NCBI GenBank assembly: GCA_002269645.1 | Contig: NIVC01000092.1 | Span: forward strand, 1-64,000 | From: Macrostomum lignano | Taxonomy: Eukaryota | DNA: 64,000 bases | Direction: 5' to 3' | Shown: piece after piece, positions 62,201 to 64,000 of the stretch | Layout of the letters: every line of letters begins with the position of its first letter | Position numbering within the stretch: the first letter of the stretch is position 1 | Notes under the pieces: generated by a model | Seen by the model: only the letters and a program-made list of their open reading frames with translations | What the model was told of the DNA's origin: nothing | The model's database searches: none | Position numbers and translations under genes: made by a program

Positions 62201-63448
62201 CAGGCAGCTCACTTTCGCAATAGGCCCCAGTACCGATGCCGGAGGCGCACTTGCAGTAGCAGTCGAGAGATCCTGGGATTGACTCGCTGACGCCGCAGTT
62301 GGAGCAGTTCAGCTTGCACTCTGCGATCCGATGTCGGAGGAGTAATAATCATACGTGACGTGTGATTAATAATCATCTCGGAAGAATAACTCACTTGTAC
62401 TTGAAACTTTGGCGCCAGGATTGTATGCCTGTACATCCGACTGGGAAACCATGCTGCTGTTCACGCACATGCCGTTCAGGCACAGGCCTCGGTATGAGGG
62501 GCACCTGAGGGGATTTTTGGGGGTGTATGGTGATTCTTGTTGGTGTTTGGTGATTCTTGTTGGTGTTTGGTGATTCTTGTTGGTGTTTGGTGATTCTTGT
62601 TGGTGTTTGGTGATTCTTGTTGGTGCTTGGTGATTCTTGTTTGTGTTTGGTGGTTCTTGGGGGTGTTTGGTGGTTCTTGGGGGTGTTTGGTGATTCTTAG
62701 GGGTGTTTGGTGATTTTTTGGGGTGTTTGGTGATTCTTAGAGGTGTTTGGTGATTCTTAGGGGTGTTTGGTGATTCTTTGGGGTGTTTGGTGATTCTTAG
62801 GGGTGTTTGGTGATTCTTAGGGGTGTTTGGTGATTCTTAGGGGTGTTTGGTGGTTCTTGGGGGTGTTTGGTGATTCTTTGGGGTGTTTGGTGGTTCTGGG
62901 GTGTTTGGTGGTTCTGGGGTGTTTGGTGATTCTGGGGTGTTTGGTGATTCTTTGGGGTGTTTGGTGATTCTTTGGGGTGTTTGGTGGTTTTGGGGTGTTT
63001 GGTGATTCTTTGGGGTGTTTGGTGGTTCTGGGGTGTTTGGGGTCTTTTAAGGTTTCTGTGAATGTGAGGTTTCTGCGTAGCTTGTGACTCACTTGGAGCA
63101 GGCGGAGCCTCCCGATGTGTACACCTTGCTCCCGGAGCTGTACTCGCAGAACACCAAGTTGCTGCCCGAACAGACGTAATGACCGCAGCCAACCTCAAGC
63201 ACGCCGTCACTGATGAGCTGGACATAGTGGCCACAGGTGGTCAGCTTCCCTGCAGGGTTGCAGGAGGTCGTGTTGTAATTATAAATGGCCTTCTCAATGT
63301 GCCAGGCCAGAGTGATTTCGCTGACGTTGGTCCGGTAGCCCATGTAGATGTTCTCCCCCAGGCCCTCGTAGTCCCCGCCGTAATTGTGCTCAAATTTGCA
63401 CTTCTCCGATGCCGCCTGGGCCAGCGACTCCAGGCGAGTGTTCCACGT
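59217..63448 (-). CDS. CAP/SCP-domain protein with EGF-like repeats, SEA-like region and hydrophobic C-terminus (5' part beyond window); exons 63448-63093, 62504-62395, 62320-62213, 60736-60498, 60327-60051, 59500-59217
   Basis: CAP motifs TWN..L...A..CKFEHN..GENIY..W..E..CGHYVQLI..EVGCG..VFCEY; EGF-like CKLNCSNCG..CYCKC..GAYCE and CLNGG..CACQCPATFVGPRC. All six exons have GT-AG sites and compatible phases (2,1,1,0,1). Confidence 0.85.
59550..60020. repeat. 21-bp intronic minisatellite
   Basis: Unit CCCGATTAGGGAGAGGGGATA. Confidence 0.95.
60770..62090. repeat. 23-bp intronic minisatellite
   Basis: Unit TTGGTGTACTCTTCGGGAATGTC. Confidence 0.95.
62515..63050. repeat. ~19-20-bp intronic minisatellite
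   Basis: Unit ~TGGTGATTCTTAGGGGTGTT. Confidence 0.93.
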
Positions 63449-63479
63449 CTGCGCGCGGGGGTAGGAGGCAGGAATGCTA

Positions 63480-64000
63480 CAACTGGCACAAGCTACAACA
63501 GAAACAAGCTACAAGTGACACAAGTTACAAGTGACACAAGCTACAAATGACACAAGCTACAAGTGACACAAGCTACAACAGATACAAGCTACAACTGACA
63601 CAAGCTAGAAGTGACACAAGCTACAACTGACACAAGCTAGAAGTGACACAAGCTACAAGTGACACAAGCTACAACTGACACAAGCTACAACTGACACAAG
63701 CTACAGCAGACACAAGCTACAAGTGACTCAAGCTACAAGTGACACAAATTAAAATTGACACAAGCTAAAAGTGACACAAGCTACAAGTGACACAAGCTAC
63801 AAGTGACACAAGCTACAAGTGACACAAGCTACAACAGACACAAGCTACAAGTGACACGAGCTACAACTGACACAAGCTACAACTGACACAAGCTAAAAGT
63901 GACACAAGCTACAAGTGACACAAGCTACAAGTGACACAAGCTACAAATGACACAAGCTACAAGTGACACAAGCTACAAGTGACACAAGCTACAAGTGACA
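63480..64000. repeat. 16-bp intronic minisatellite running off the right edge
   Basis: Unit GACACAAGCTACAAGT. Confidence 0.95.

Overview
Repeat-rich metazoan genomic DNA with GT-AG introns and GC-rich exons. The style suggests a flatworm such as Macrostomum, but that is inference. The window opens with about 7.5 kb of a 238-bp satellite and several giant micro/minisatellites. Reconstructable genes: exon 1 of a G-protein alpha subunit, a small secreted WSC-domain protein, KCMF1, an atypical Rho-family GTPase head-to-head with FAXDC2, an intronless M13 peptidase, two tandem CUB/C-type-lectin receptors plus a CDS-less third remnant, two phospholipid scramblases, and the 3' part of a CAP-EGF gene with a probable GPI anchor. 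Mobile DNA: a full-length 5.76-kb R1/LOA-like LINE inserted in a KCMF1 exon, a Mutator-type MITE with a 9-bp TSD, a decayed hAT-like transposase and a tRNA-derived SINE. Main highlights: (1) the LINE 5' end folds by hand into an HDV-like self-cleaving ribozyme whose predicted cleavage site lies 1 nt from the TSD, and a second solo copy at 51.6 kb shows a compensatory base pair; (2) the exon-disrupting LINE insertion is followed by a ~350-bp duplication that restores an intact splice acceptor and exon. All alignments and folds were done by eye, with no database searches.
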